The notes under the pieces were generated by a model, which worked only from the letters and a program-made list of their open reading frames with translations, did not search any database and was not told the DNA's origin. The translations under genes and the position numbers were made by a program. From the IMG/VR virus record IMGVR_UViG_3300031953_000040, positions 1 through 42,540 of that record: a stretch of 42,540 bases of DNA; one strand, written 5' to 3'. Below are positions 8,244 through 16,471 of the stretch, piece by piece. Each line of letters starts with the position of its first letter. Position 1 is the first letter of the stretch. The DNA is from a virus (Duplodnaviria; Caudoviricetes).

Positions 8244-8764
8244 CCGCCATCGCCACCGACGACACCGTCATCGCCGTCGCACACCTCCTCGCCAAAGCCG
8301 CCCTCTACGACCCCAGATTCTCGAAACCCGACGAAGGCAAAGCGATCGCATGGGCCGAAGCACTCGAACCACACCGCTTCGACGTCCACGACATGCTCCA
8401 AGCCGTCGTCGGGTTCTACTCCGAAAACCTCGACCGGCCCCTCATGGTCGCCGACGTCATCGCCCGCAGCAAAGCGATCCGCAAGGACCGGTCACAGCGG
8501 GAGTCGAGTGAATCTAGAGACAGCCGTAGTGCCGCCCAGGATCGACACCACGGCCTCAGAAGCGTCCCCGGCGACACCCAACTAGGGGGACTACCAATCG
8601 CAGGCGCAGACGGGCCACCAATCCCAGGCGCCTACCGAGTCAACAACGCAGCAGAACACCCCTGCCCCACCTGCAACGCAGAAGAACTCGAACCCTGCAC
8701 CAACCCCATCACCCACAGCGCCCGCAAAATCCCCTGCCTCAAACGCCTCACAACAAAATGGTGA
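8240..8764 (+). CDS. Helicase loader/inhibitor-like protein with C-terminal zinc finger
   Basis: AALYDPR...AWAEAL...AVVGFY pattern; CPTC...C...C; follows the initiator. Confidence 0.55.
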   Translation: MTAIATDDTVIAVAHLLAKAALYDPRFSKPDEGKAIAWAEALEPHRFDVHDMLQAVVGFYSENLDRPLMVADVIARSKAIRKDRSQRESSESRDSRSAAQDRHHGLRSVPGDTQLGGLPIAGADGPPIPGAYRVNNAAEHPCPTCNAEELEPCTNPITHSARKIPCLKRLTTKW

Positions 8765-8826
8765 GGCTACCTCTCGAATTCCGCGTGTCGCGTGCGTGGA
8801 GCTGCAGGGTTGTCCGTGTGCGTCAT

Positions 8827-8857
8827 GGTTGCGTGTGTGCATCCAACTCGGTAGTCT
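8827..8857 (+). promoter_or_regulatory. Second operator-overlapped promoter
   Basis: GGTTGCGTGTGTGCATCC over -35 TTGCGT; 17-nt spacer; -10 TAGTCT; same layout as the cro promoter. Confidence 0.65.
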
Positions 8858-8907
8858 GGAAGCAATCCGGCTGCAACCGGAACCTCAAATCGGAAGGAAC
8901 CCTGAAA

Positions 8908-9621
8908 ATGACTTTCACTCTCGCTCCACTGCATGATCTCCCGAAGTTGGCTGCGCTCTACGTGAAGGAGCACGGTTGGACGCAGGGTACGGAGCAGGAT
9001 GGTGAGGGCAAGGTGTGCCTCACTGGTGCGCTGCGCTTCTGCTCACCCGTCCCCGGTGACGGCTACATCGCCCGTGAGGTTTTCCGGCGGCGTGAGCACG
9101 CCGAGGCGTGGAACGACGAGAACGGACGCATCGCCGACGAGGTCATCGACTATCTTGCGCAGGCTGAGATTACGGATGCCGAGTTGGCTGAGACGTTCGG
9201 CCCGCAGTGGCAGGAAATCATTGCGCAGGTCCGCACCATATCCAGTGCGACTACGCAGCAGATCGAGGAGCTGTCCGCTGCTTGGGCCGCTGCTCGGGGC
9301 GCTGCTTGGGACGCTGCTTGGGACGCTGCTTGGGCCGCTGCTCGGGGCGCTGCTTGGGACGCTGCTTGGGCCGCTGCTTCGGCCGCTGCTTGGGACGCTG
9401 CTTCGGACGCTGCTTGGGACGCTGCTTCGGCCGCTGCTTGGGACGCTGCTTCGGACGCTGCTTGGGACGCTGCTTCGGCCGCTGCTCGGGACGCTGCTTG
9501 GGCGCTCGTCACCCGAGACCTCATCGGCACCAATGGATATACCCAGCAGCACTACGACAAACTCACCGCCCCATGGGTCACCGTATTCGGGAAACTCCAC
9601 ACAGACGACGTGATCGCATGA
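8908..9621 (+). CDS. DUF6197-like N-terminal domain fused to AAWD tetrapeptide repeats
   Basis: GWTQG...GKVCLTGAL...WND motif, then 19 AA[WRS][ADG] repeats; AAGGA RBS. Confidence 0.7.
   Translation: MTFTLAPLHDLPKLAALYVKEHGWTQGTEQDGEGKVCLTGALRFCSPVPGDGYIAREVFRRREHAEAWNDENGRIADEVIDYLAQAEITDAELAETFGPQWQEIIAQVRTISSATTQQIEELSAAWAAARGAAWDAAWDAAWAAARGAAWDAAWAAASAAAWDAASDAAWDAASAAAWDAASDAAWDAASAAARDAAWALVTRDLIGTNGYTQQHYDKLTAPWVTVFGKLHTDDVIA
9277..9504 (+). repeat. 19 x 12-bp coding tandem repeat (GCTGCTYSGGVC)
   Basis: Counted directly in the sequence. Confidence 0.95.
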
Positions 9622-10028
9622 GCGGCATCACCGCGGAGACCCGCGAGGTTCGTACACTCGCCATCCAGACTGTCGTTGAAACTCATCGCGGTCTCGGTAT
9701 CGCCGAACGTGAATTGAAGCTCGGACAGTTCACGGCAGCCCGCGGGACGATCCGGCAAGCCACCGCCATGTGCGAACTCCTCGACCAACTCGTCCCGCAG
9801 ATCGGCCGGCCAACCATCCTCGATGGTGACCCTGCTGCTATCGAGGCTGCGCTCGACGCTCTCCCGTTGGAGTCGGTGATCACGTACGGGTCCGGTATCG
9901 ACTTCACTGCCGCTATCCATGTCCGGGCCGTCAGCTTCGTTGGGACCGTCTGGTATGAGACGGCATTCAGCAAGCCCACCGATTCCGAAGCTATCTCCCG
10001 CAACGGCCTGGTCACGGTGATCGCATGA
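9618..10028 (+). CDS. Hypothetical protein
   Basis: MSGITAETRE...; ATGA-coupled at both ends. Confidence 0.65.
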   Translation: MSGITAETREVRTLAIQTVVETHRGLGIAERELKLGQFTAARGTIRQATAMCELLDQLVPQIGRPTILDGDPAAIEAALDALPLESVITYGSGIDFTAAIHVRAVSFVGTVWYETAFSKPTDSEAISRNGLVTVIA

Positions 10029-10183
10029 CTGCCCCTGAGTGCTTCGTCGAAGCGTGGCATCCGTGGGATGGCAAACCGGTGGAAGTTCCGGGTTTCGATC
10101 CGACTTTGCCCCGTCAGCGTGTTATTCGCGATGGTGCGGAATGTTTCGTGCTTGCCGATGATCTGCTGGTGGCAGTCCTGTGA
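10025..10183 (+). CDS. 52-aa hypothetical protein (MTAPECFVEAWHPWDG...)
   Basis: Read manually; ATGA/GTGA overlaps. Confidence 0.55.
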   Translation: MTAPECFVEAWHPWDGKPVEVPGFDPTLPRQRVIRDGAECFVLADDLLVAVL

Positions 10184-10413
10184 GCACCCCGAATCCCGTA
10201 GAGGTCATCGCACATGCACTGGCGAAGCATCCCGGTGGCGCGCGTGTTGTCAGTAGCGGCGAGAATCAGCTCACGGTGATGGAGTACGTGTGCGGGTGCG
10301 GTTGGCGGGAGCAGAGCGTGTGGGCCAACGGTCCACGACACCCGGCGCACCTGGCGTCTGTGATTGCAGCCCTCCCCAACATCGCAATCGTGCCCCGAAT
10401 GGAGGCGTCATGA
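10180..10413 (+). CDS. Hypothetical protein (CxC...H, possibly Zn-binding)
   Basis: Coupled to both neighbours. Confidence 0.6.
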   Translation: MSTPNPVEVIAHALAKHPGGARVVSSGENQLTVMEYVCGCGWREQSVWANGPRHPAHLASVIAALPNIAIVPRMEAS

Positions 10414-11168
10414 CCGTGTTTTACCAGGATGAATTGGTCACCTTGCACCAAGGGGATTGCTTAACTCTGCTGCGTGAGATGACCGATGCCAGCATCGACA
10501 TTGTGGTCACCTCACCGCCGTACAACATGGGCCTTGTGCCAGGAGGTAACGGGCGAGGCATGTACCGGCCCGGAGCGTCGAACAAGGGCGGACGCTTCCG
10601 TGATGGCTACGGCGAGCATGACGACGCAATGGACCAGGATGCCTACGACGATTGGCAGCGAACCATCCTGGCTGAATGCTTCCGGGTCTCGCGTCTGGCT
10701 GTGTTCTACAACCATCGGCCACGCGTCGAGCATGGTGTTCTGCGTGATCCGCTCGGTAACAACTTCGGAATCCCGTTGCGGCAGCGCATCATCTGGAACC
10801 GAGGGACCGGCATCGACGTGAACCTGCGCGCGTTCTGCACGCGTGGCGAATACATCTTCCTGTTCGCCAAGTCAGAGTTCGAACTGGTGTCACACAGTGC
10901 GAGCGGTATGGGCGACGTTTGGAACCTGGGAATCGAATCGAAGGTTCCCGATCATCCAGCACCGTTCCCGGTTTCCTTGCCTACGCGCTGCATCGAAGCG
11001 ACGGGAGCGAAGTCGGTACTCGATCCGTTCTGCGGCTCAGGAACCACTTTGCGAGCAGCATCCGATCTCGGCATTCGCGGCGTCGGATTCGAGCTGGAGA
11101 GGAAGTTCTGCAACCTGGCAGTGAAACGGCTGGGGCAGATGGCTTTGGACTTCGGAGGGGCAGCATGA
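10410..11168 (+). CDS. Orphan N4-cytosine/N6-adenine DNA methyltransferase (beta class)
   Basis: TSPPY motif IV precedes HPAPFP and DPFCGSGTT motif I. Confidence 0.9.
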   Translation: MTVFYQDELVTLHQGDCLTLLREMTDASIDIVVTSPPYNMGLVPGGNGRGMYRPGASNKGGRFRDGYGEHDDAMDQDAYDDWQRTILAECFRVSRLAVFYNHRPRVEHGVLRDPLGNNFGIPLRQRIIWNRGTGIDVNLRAFCTRGEYIFLFAKSEFELVSHSASGMGDVWNLGIESKVPDHPAPFPVSLPTRCIEATGAKSVLDPFCGSGTTLRAASDLGIRGVGFELERKFCNLAVKRLGQMALDFGGAA

Positions 11169-11220
11169 GCCCCCGTGAGTGCGACGAGTGCAACTCATGT
11201 GCTTGCGATGGGAGCTGCTG

Positions 11221-11529
11221 ATGAGCGGCGGGGAGTTCGCGGCGATCGAAGCCCGAGCCAACGCAGCGGATGACTCACGAGGCCCGATCGAGCAAGCGGT
11301 CATGTACCGAATCGAACCGCCACCATCGTTCTTCGACCACATCTCGGCCAGCCAGCGTGATGTGCGTGACCTGTTGGCTGCGGTGCGGGAACGGGACAAC
11401 ACCATCGCACAACTACGGCGAGCCGCTAACCGGGTCTACAGGCTAGTCGAAGCCCGCGAACGAGACCTTCGGTACTCAATCACTGATGAAGAGCTTCGCG
11501 CTGCCCTCGACCCACAGGAGACACCATGA
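11221..11529 (+). CDS. Hypothetical protein
   Basis: MSGGEFAAIEARA...; coiled-coil C-terminus; coupled. Confidence 0.6.
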   Translation: MSGGEFAAIEARANAADDSRGPIEQAVMYRIEPPPSFFDHISASQRDVRDLLAAVRERDNTIAQLRRAANRVYRLVEARERDLRYSITDEELRAALDPQETP

Positions 11530-11750
11530 GCGACTACTACACCGAAGCATCACTCGTCATCAACGAGGCACTGGGCAACCTTGACGCCGACCTCAAAGGC
11601 TGCACACCCTCGATGCTCGTCTCGGCACTCGAACAGCACGGATACCAGATCGCCCGACTGCCCACGAATCCGAGTCAGCAGGAACGCGATTCGTTGGATC
11701 ATTCGTTCTACGCAGCACTGGCCCGTCGTGATTCGGGGGTGCAGCCATGA
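11526..11750 (+). CDS. Hypothetical protein
   Basis: AGGAG RBS; ATGA overlaps. Confidence 0.6.
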   Translation: MSDYYTEASLVINEALGNLDADLKGCTPSMLVSALEQHGYQIARLPTNPSQQERDSLDHSFYAALARRDSGVQP

Positions 11751-12058
11751 GCAGGGAACTGGAACTCATCGCGCAGGTGTTGAGCATGTCCGCTGGTTCA
11801 CCGACTGCGACTGCCGCTCATGTGGTGTCGATGCTGTCGGAGCACGGCTACAGCATCGTGCCCAACCCCCGGCGCGGGGAGCCACCCGAAGCACCCGAAC
11901 TACGCCGCACCGCAGACAGCCTCGAACGCATCGCCCACTGGAAATGGCCCGACGACCGCGACGAATGCCCATTTACCGCGAAGGGCCTGCGGAAACATGC
12001 TGATGCGCTCGACGAGTGGGAACCGGTTATCGCTGCTGCCGCTGAGGAGGACCAGTGA
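11747..12058 (+). CDS. Hypothetical protein
   Basis: ATGA/GTGA overlaps. Confidence 0.6.
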   Translation: MSRELELIAQVLSMSAGSPTATAAHVVSMLSEHGYSIVPNPRRGEPPEAPELRRTADSLERIAHWKWPDDRDECPFTAKGLRKHADALDEWEPVIAAAAEEDQ

Positions 12059-12219
12059 GCGCACTCAAGTTCCGATGCTGCGGGCACTGTGCAACAGACC
12101 CAAACCACGGATCGCTGAAGTTGACCGAAAACCACGATGGCCCGTGCGTGCCAGGTTGTGACGACGGCAACCGAATTGCCAGAGCCGCTCGTGCCGCTGA
12201 GGAGGACACCAATGGCTGA
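12055..12219 (+). CDS. 54-aa Cys/His-rich hypothetical protein
   Basis: Read manually; GAGGAGG RBS; CCGHC...H...C...C. Confidence 0.5.
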   Translation: MSALKFRCCGHCATDPNHGSLKLTENHDGPCVPGCDDGNRIARAARAAEEDTNG

Positions 12220-12298
12220 CACCTGCATCGCATGGCTCCTTGGATTCGCCCACGGATTTCATGCGTTCCTATTCGGCACCGAGGAGGAGAAGCCATGA
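12212..12298 (+). CDS. 28-aa micro-protein (MADTCIAWLLGFAHGFHAFLFGTEEEKP)
   Basis: GAGGAGG RBS; overlaps at both ends. Confidence 0.45.
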   Translation: MADTCIAWLLGFAHGFHAFLFGTEEEKP

Positions 12299-12531
12299 GC
12301 GCGGACCGTATCGCCGACCTCGAAGCCGAAAACATCAACCTACGAACGGAACTCGCCTCCCGCGACGCCGACATCATCGGCCAACAAACCATCATCACCG
12401 TCTTGCAGAAGAAACTCCGCGAAGCCGAAGACGACGCCTCCGCCAAACGCGCCGCAGCCAGGCAGGCCGAAGAAATCGCCACCGTCCACGGCCTCATGAC
12501 CACCACCATCCCCACCGAGGTGCAACCATGA
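12295..12531 (+). CDS. Coiled-coil hypothetical protein
   Basis: MSADRIADLEAEN... heptads; strong RBS. Confidence 0.6.
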   Translation: MSADRIADLEAENINLRTELASRDADIIGQQTIITVLQKKLREAEDDASAKRAAARQAEEIATVHGLMTTTIPTEVQP

Positions 12532-13229
12532 TCGATGTCCTGTGGCTCGCAGGAACCTTCAACCCCCAAGGCGAAGGCATCAGCGATGACTTCTTGAAGC
12601 GTCTCGACCCTAATCGCTTTCGGTATCGGTATGTGACGGACGGCTATTTCGCCGACTACGGCAAGGCAATGAGCTACGGGGAGTCGACCCGCCTCGGACA
12701 GCTCGCACTCGACCGAGCAGTCCGCGAATGCCCCGGCCCTGTTGTGGTCGGTGGCTATTCGCAGGGTGCAGCCATCGCAGGTAACTACGCGGCATGGACG
12801 AAACAGGCCAAGGTCATCGGATGCGTGCTCATCGCCGACCCACTCCGCGACGGCTCACGTGCCACCGTCAACGAGAATCCAGGCGGCTACGGCATCGGCG
12901 GCCAACGCCGCATCGACAACATCCGCACCTTCTCTGTCGCAGCATGGGGCGACCCGATCACCTCCCTCCCGGCAGGCAACTACCTCCGCAGCATCGCCGA
13001 CTTCTCCGAATTCATGAGCCGCGACATCAACGCATGGGCCGTCAACATCCTCTCGAAGATCGTCAACGGCCAGTTGCAGCCCTGGTGGCGATGGTCCAAC
13101 CGCAGGGATTGGGCTGAGGCTGGACGGTGGTTGCGCGGCTACACCACCGATGGCCGACACACCGACGCCTACATCGCTGAAGGACTCACCAAGCAGCTCG
13201 CCGAAGCAGTGAATCGGGATATGCGATGA
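12528..13229 (+). CDS. Cutinase/LysB/PE-PPE-like serine alpha/beta hydrolase
   Basis: GYSQGA nucleophile elbow, LIADP, GDPI acid and C-terminal RHTDAY His. Confidence 0.85.
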   Translation: MIDVLWLAGTFNPQGEGISDDFLKRLDPNRFRYRYVTDGYFADYGKAMSYGESTRLGQLALDRAVRECPGPVVVGGYSQGAAIAGNYAAWTKQAKVIGCVLIADPLRDGSRATVNENPGGYGIGGQRRIDNIRTFSVAAWGDPITSLPAGNYLRSIADFSEFMSRDINAWAVNILSKIVNGQLQPWWRWSNRRDWAEAGRWLRGYTTDGRHTDAYIAEGLTKQLAEAVNRDMR

Positions 13230-13660
13230 GTCGCACGATGACCACCACTCTGGTCCTACCGTGGCTGCGTCCCCCGCTGACGTCGAATGAGGCGAAGCGG
13301 GGGACTGGGCGCGGGCATGCGCGGGTGGTGCGTGAAATCCGTTGGACTGTAGGAATGTTGGCGAAGTCGCAGAAAGTGTGCTCGCATCCACGCTCGGATG
13401 TGCTGATCACGTGGTGGGCACCGAACCTCATTCAGCGTGACGCAGGCTCACTGGCGCCGACGTTGAAAGCTGCGATCGATGGCTTGGTGGATGCCCACGT
13501 GTGGCCAGGCGACCACTTCGAATGGGTCCGCACCGAATCCTGCCGCGTCGACCTCGACCGCGACAACCCGCGCATCGAACTCACCATCACACCCATCTGG
13601 ACACCTGATCCGCAGTACCCGCCCGAAGTCCAACTGCAACCAGGAGGGACGACGGTATGA
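13226..13660 (+). CDS. RusA-like Holliday junction resolvase
   Basis: PPLTSN...RDAGSLAPTLKAAIDGLV...GD motif. Confidence 0.75.
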   Translation: MSRTMTTTLVLPWLRPPLTSNEAKRGTGRGHARVVREIRWTVGMLAKSQKVCSHPRSDVLITWWAPNLIQRDAGSLAPTLKAAIDGLVDAHVWPGDHFEWVRTESCRVDLDRDNPRIELTITPIWTPDPQYPPEVQLQPGGTTV

Positions 13661-13845
13661 GTCCACGCGATCCGATCACAGTTGCATGCCCCGCATGCAA
13701 AGCGAAGCGCGGGCAACCCTGCCGATCGCTTACGTACAGCGACCGACGCCCCATGGTCGACGTCCACACCGCCCGCGACGAGGCTGCTAACTCCCTCGCA
13801 CGTGGACCGATCAACCCGCTCACCGGAAGGCGCAACCCGAGATGA
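13657..13845 (+). CDS. Small zinc-finger protein
   Basis: CPACKAKRGQPC...HTAR. Confidence 0.7.
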   Translation: MSPRDPITVACPACKAKRGQPCRSLTYSDRRPMVDVHTARDEAANSLARGPINPLTGRRNPR

Positions 13846-14069
13846 CATCCGGTGACGTGGCATTGCAGATCGGGCGGGCGCTGTGGCTCACCCGAGTACA
13901 CGAAGCAGTTCAGCGAACCATCCACACCCTGTTCGACATGCTCGGCATCCCGAACACGCCCGAACTCCAGGCCCAGATCGGCGACATCCTGGCCGTTGCT
14001 CGATGGAATTCAGCCATGGAGGGCGAATCGTACATCCCGCTCGAACGCAAGGAGCTGAGGATCTGGTGA
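13842..14069 (+). CDS. Hypothetical protein
   Basis: ATGA/GTGA overlaps. Confidence 0.55.
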   Translation: MTSGDVALQIGRALWLTRVHEAVQRTIHTLFDMLGIPNTPELQAQIGDILAVARWNSAMEGESYIPLERKELRIW

Positions 14070-14743
14070 CTGACTTCTTCCTGCCGCGTCACGACCAGAA
14101 GACACTCCTCGAACAGCTCCGCCAAGTCCCTGCACTCGTCGAAGACCTCACGATTGCGATCACCCGTCAGGACCGCATTACTGCGCGTGGCCCGAAAACG
14201 TCACGCGGGGATGACACGCAGCCGTTGCCGTTCAACGAGCACGCCTCCGATGCGGCCCGTTATCTCGAATTTGTTCTAGCCAATTGGGCAGCGTTCACCT
14301 GCTACAACCGCGGCATCGACTACGACGGCCGCGACAACGTCATCTCCGTCGCCCGCTGGCTGCGCGTGCACATCATTGACCTGGCGTTATGTCCTGGCGC
14401 CGAGGAATCACTACCGGCGATCCGGGACGCTGTCCGCAACGGCAACCGCGCCTGCAACGGAGCACACGACCGGGCCGTCATCGTCCACAGTCCGCATGAC
14501 GTCGCCCGCGCCCGCTACAGCGTCCTCCACGCGAAAGGTGTCGAAGCGGCTGTCCGCGAACTCGGCCCCGAATACCGCACCCTCACCGAACAGCGCGTCT
14601 ACCGGCTAGCGCGTGCCGGCGTCATCACCCCCGACCGCACCATCACCCTCGACGGCCGGGAGACCGCCCTCTACGTCCTCGGCGACGTCTTGGATGCGCA
14701 CCTGAAATACCCGTCACGACAGAGGAAGGCAGTTTCAGCATGA
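14066..14743 (+). CDS. Conserved-looking hypothetical protein, possible DNA-binding late regulator
   Basis: AAGGAG upstream; C-terminal HTH-like LTEQRVYRLARAG...YVLGDV; position at the end of the early region. Confidence 0.5.
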   Translation: MTDFFLPRHDQKTLLEQLRQVPALVEDLTIAITRQDRITARGPKTSRGDDTQPLPFNEHASDAARYLEFVLANWAAFTCYNRGIDYDGRDNVISVARWLRVHIIDLALCPGAEESLPAIRDAVRNGNRACNGAHDRAVIVHSPHDVARARYSVLHAKGVEAAVRELGPEYRTLTEQRVYRLARAGVITPDRTITLDGRETALYVLGDVLDAHLKYPSRQRKAVSA

Positions 14744-14982
14744 GCGAGATAACCCCCAGTCTGCCGCTGACGATTGAGCGGCAGAAGGTGAACCAGGCGT
14801 TGGAAATTCTAGGCATCCCACAAACCTGCTTGCGATCTGCAACCATCCACCTCGACGGCATCACAGTCGAGCAGGTTCGCAAGAGCATCGACGACGACGG
14901 CCAGGTGACCTCTCATCTCACGCACGGCCAGCGACTTGCAACGATGACCACCGACATCGAGGTACCCCGTGAGCGCCCGTGA
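14740..14982 (+). CDS. Hypothetical protein
   Basis: ATGA-coupled. Confidence 0.55.
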   Translation: MSEITPSLPLTIERQKVNQALEILGIPQTCLRSATIHLDGITVEQVRKSIDDDGQVTSHLTHGQRLATMTTDIEVPRERP

Positions 14983-15094
14983 GGACTGCCCGCACGATTC
15001 ACTCTCGGGTGACGAAGGCCCCATTGAAGATCTCGGTCGGATGCCAACCCGGTGGAAGTGCGACGAATGCGGGAAGGTGGCGGTTGACCCGTGA
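14969..15094 (+). CDS. 41-aa Zn-ribbon-like micro-protein
   Basis: CPH...WKCDECG; GAGG RBS; read manually. Confidence 0.4.
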   Translation: MSAREDCPHDSLSGDEGPIEDLGRMPTRWKCDECGKVAVDP

Positions 15095-15279
15095 GTGAGC
15101 GTGAGGATGCTGTCGCCCGCCTGATCCAACACCACGGCGACCCCGACGTCCGCAAACTCCCAGCCCTCGCATTCCTCGAAGCCTGCCAACCCGGCTTCCG
15201 TGCCCGGTTGGACCGCATGCTCGCCGACCGAGGCCTCGAAATGGACGGCACCGGAACCATCGTCCCGCTTACGAAGTAG
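15091..15279 (+). CDS. Hypothetical protein
   Basis: GTGA-coupled; 62 aa. Confidence 0.5.
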   Translation: MSEREDAVARLIQHHGDPDVRKLPALAFLEACQPGFRARLDRMLADRGLEMDGTGTIVPLTK

Positions 15280-15284
15280 CAAGA

Positions 15285-15432
15285 TGCTAGGCTTCGCCGA
15301 AGGCGGGAGTGGTCACAAGACCATTACCCGCCATTCTTATGCCTCCCCGTAGATAGCGGCGCTGCATCACCAGTGCGCTCCGGGGACAACGACGCCCCAA
15401 CCGGTAAGGCTCACGGTCGCGGTTGGGGCGTC
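15285..15432 (+). ncRNA. Candidate late promoter and structured leader/ncRNA
   Basis: Extended -10 TGcTAGGCT, then three hairpins (15302-15332, 15344-15386, 15391-15432). Confidence 0.4.
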
Positions 15433-15531
15433 CAAACGTTCAGAGAGGCCAACTCGTGTGGAATCTCCTGCAAGACGCCATCGCCGCAGCCCTGCGATGG
15501 GCAGCCCTACGAGCCCTCGGTATCCGCTGAC

Positions 15532-15675
15532 ATGCAATCCATCCAAGACCAAATCTACGACACCGAACAACAACTGAAACAGGCCCGCACAGCAGGGAAC
15601 TTCGACGCCGAATACGTCCTCGAATCCCAACTCGACCGCCTGCTCGACCGCCTGCCCCGCACGGGGCAACCGTAG
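15532..15675 (+). CDS. 47-aa helical hypothetical protein
   Basis: MQSIQDQIYDTEQQLKQARTAG...; coding-like codon usage. Confidence 0.5.
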   Translation: MQSIQDQIYDTEQQLKQARTAGNFDAEYVLESQLDRLLDRLPRTGQP

Positions 15676-15717
15676 ACCCGCACGGGACCACGGCACCCCG
15701 CACGTAAGCGAGACCCG

Positions 15718-16281
15718 ATGGCCAAACAGCGCGAACCGAGACCAGAACTCACCCCAGCCATCGAGTCCAGCATCCGCCAAGGCCACGCACTCGGACACAC
15801 CCAAGCCTCCATCGCAGACACCCTCGGCATACCAGCACCACAAATAAGCCGCTGGGCGAAACGCATGGGCCTCATCTGGCGCACCGCTACATCCAACACC
15901 GCAGCCATGAACGAAGCCGTCCGAGAACGCATCGCCTACGGCCGCGCACTCCTCGCCGAACAAGCACTAGCAGACGCAATCGCCATCCGCGAACGCATCT
16001 GGGACCAATACACAGTCCTCGGCAACAGCATCTCGGGACCCGTCGAATACGTCCTCGACCTCCCCGACGCGAAAGCTGTCTCGGACTTCACGAAGGCTAT
16101 CGACAAGCTGATTCTCACCCACGAGAACCTCACCAGGTTGGGTGCCGCGACCAGCGCGAATGCGGCTGCCAGTGTGCTCGCCGAGATGCAAGCCGCCCTG
16201 GAGAAGTTCGCTGCCGAAGACGAAGTCGACGACCTCATCACCGACATCCAACAGACCGAAGGAAACGACGACGATGACTGA
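15718..16281 (+). CDS. Terminase small subunit (HTH)
   Basis: TQASIADTLGIPAPQISRWA HTH; helical; upstream of TerL. Confidence 0.7.
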   Translation: MAKQREPRPELTPAIESSIRQGHALGHTQASIADTLGIPAPQISRWAKRMGLIWRTATSNTAAMNEAVRERIAYGRALLAEQALADAIAIRERIWDQYTVLGNSISGPVEYVLDLPDAKAVSDFTKAIDKLILTHENLTRLGAATSANAAASVLAEMQAALEKFAAEDEVDDLITDIQQTEGNDDDD

Positions 16282-16471
16282 AGACCTCAAGGCCCAGGGA
16301 TTCCCGCCGTCGTTCACCATCGGCCGCTACAGCTTCACCCGCCTCCGCAGCCGCAACGGGCACAGGTGGGAATGCTCAGACGGTATGCGCGCCGTCGGAG
16401 GCTGTCGGACACCATGGGGCGCATTCATTGCGCAGCGCCGATGGTCCAAGGTGCCTGCGAGCCCCGAGTGA
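16274..16471 (+). CDS. 65-aa basic protein between the terminase genes
   Basis: AAGGA RBS; overlaps both terminase genes. Confidence 0.5.
   Translation: MTEDLKAQGFPPSFTIGRYSFTRLRSRNGHRWECSDGMRAVGGCRTPWGAFIAQRRWSKVPASPE

Noticed and set aside
9277-9504. CRISPR array or DGR template/variable repeat
   Set aside because: It is an in-frame tandem coding repeat with no spacers; there is no reverse transcriptase or cas gene, and variation is not adenine-specific
3480-11168. C-terminal ...AA endings as Clp degradation tags on early proteins
   Set aside because: Explained by overlap with the next gene's RBS and GCATGA start/stop coupling
5823-11168. HNH nuclease plus MTase as a restriction-modification pair
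   Set aside because: The genes are 4 kb apart and apparently under different promoters; the HNH is of the common free-standing phage type
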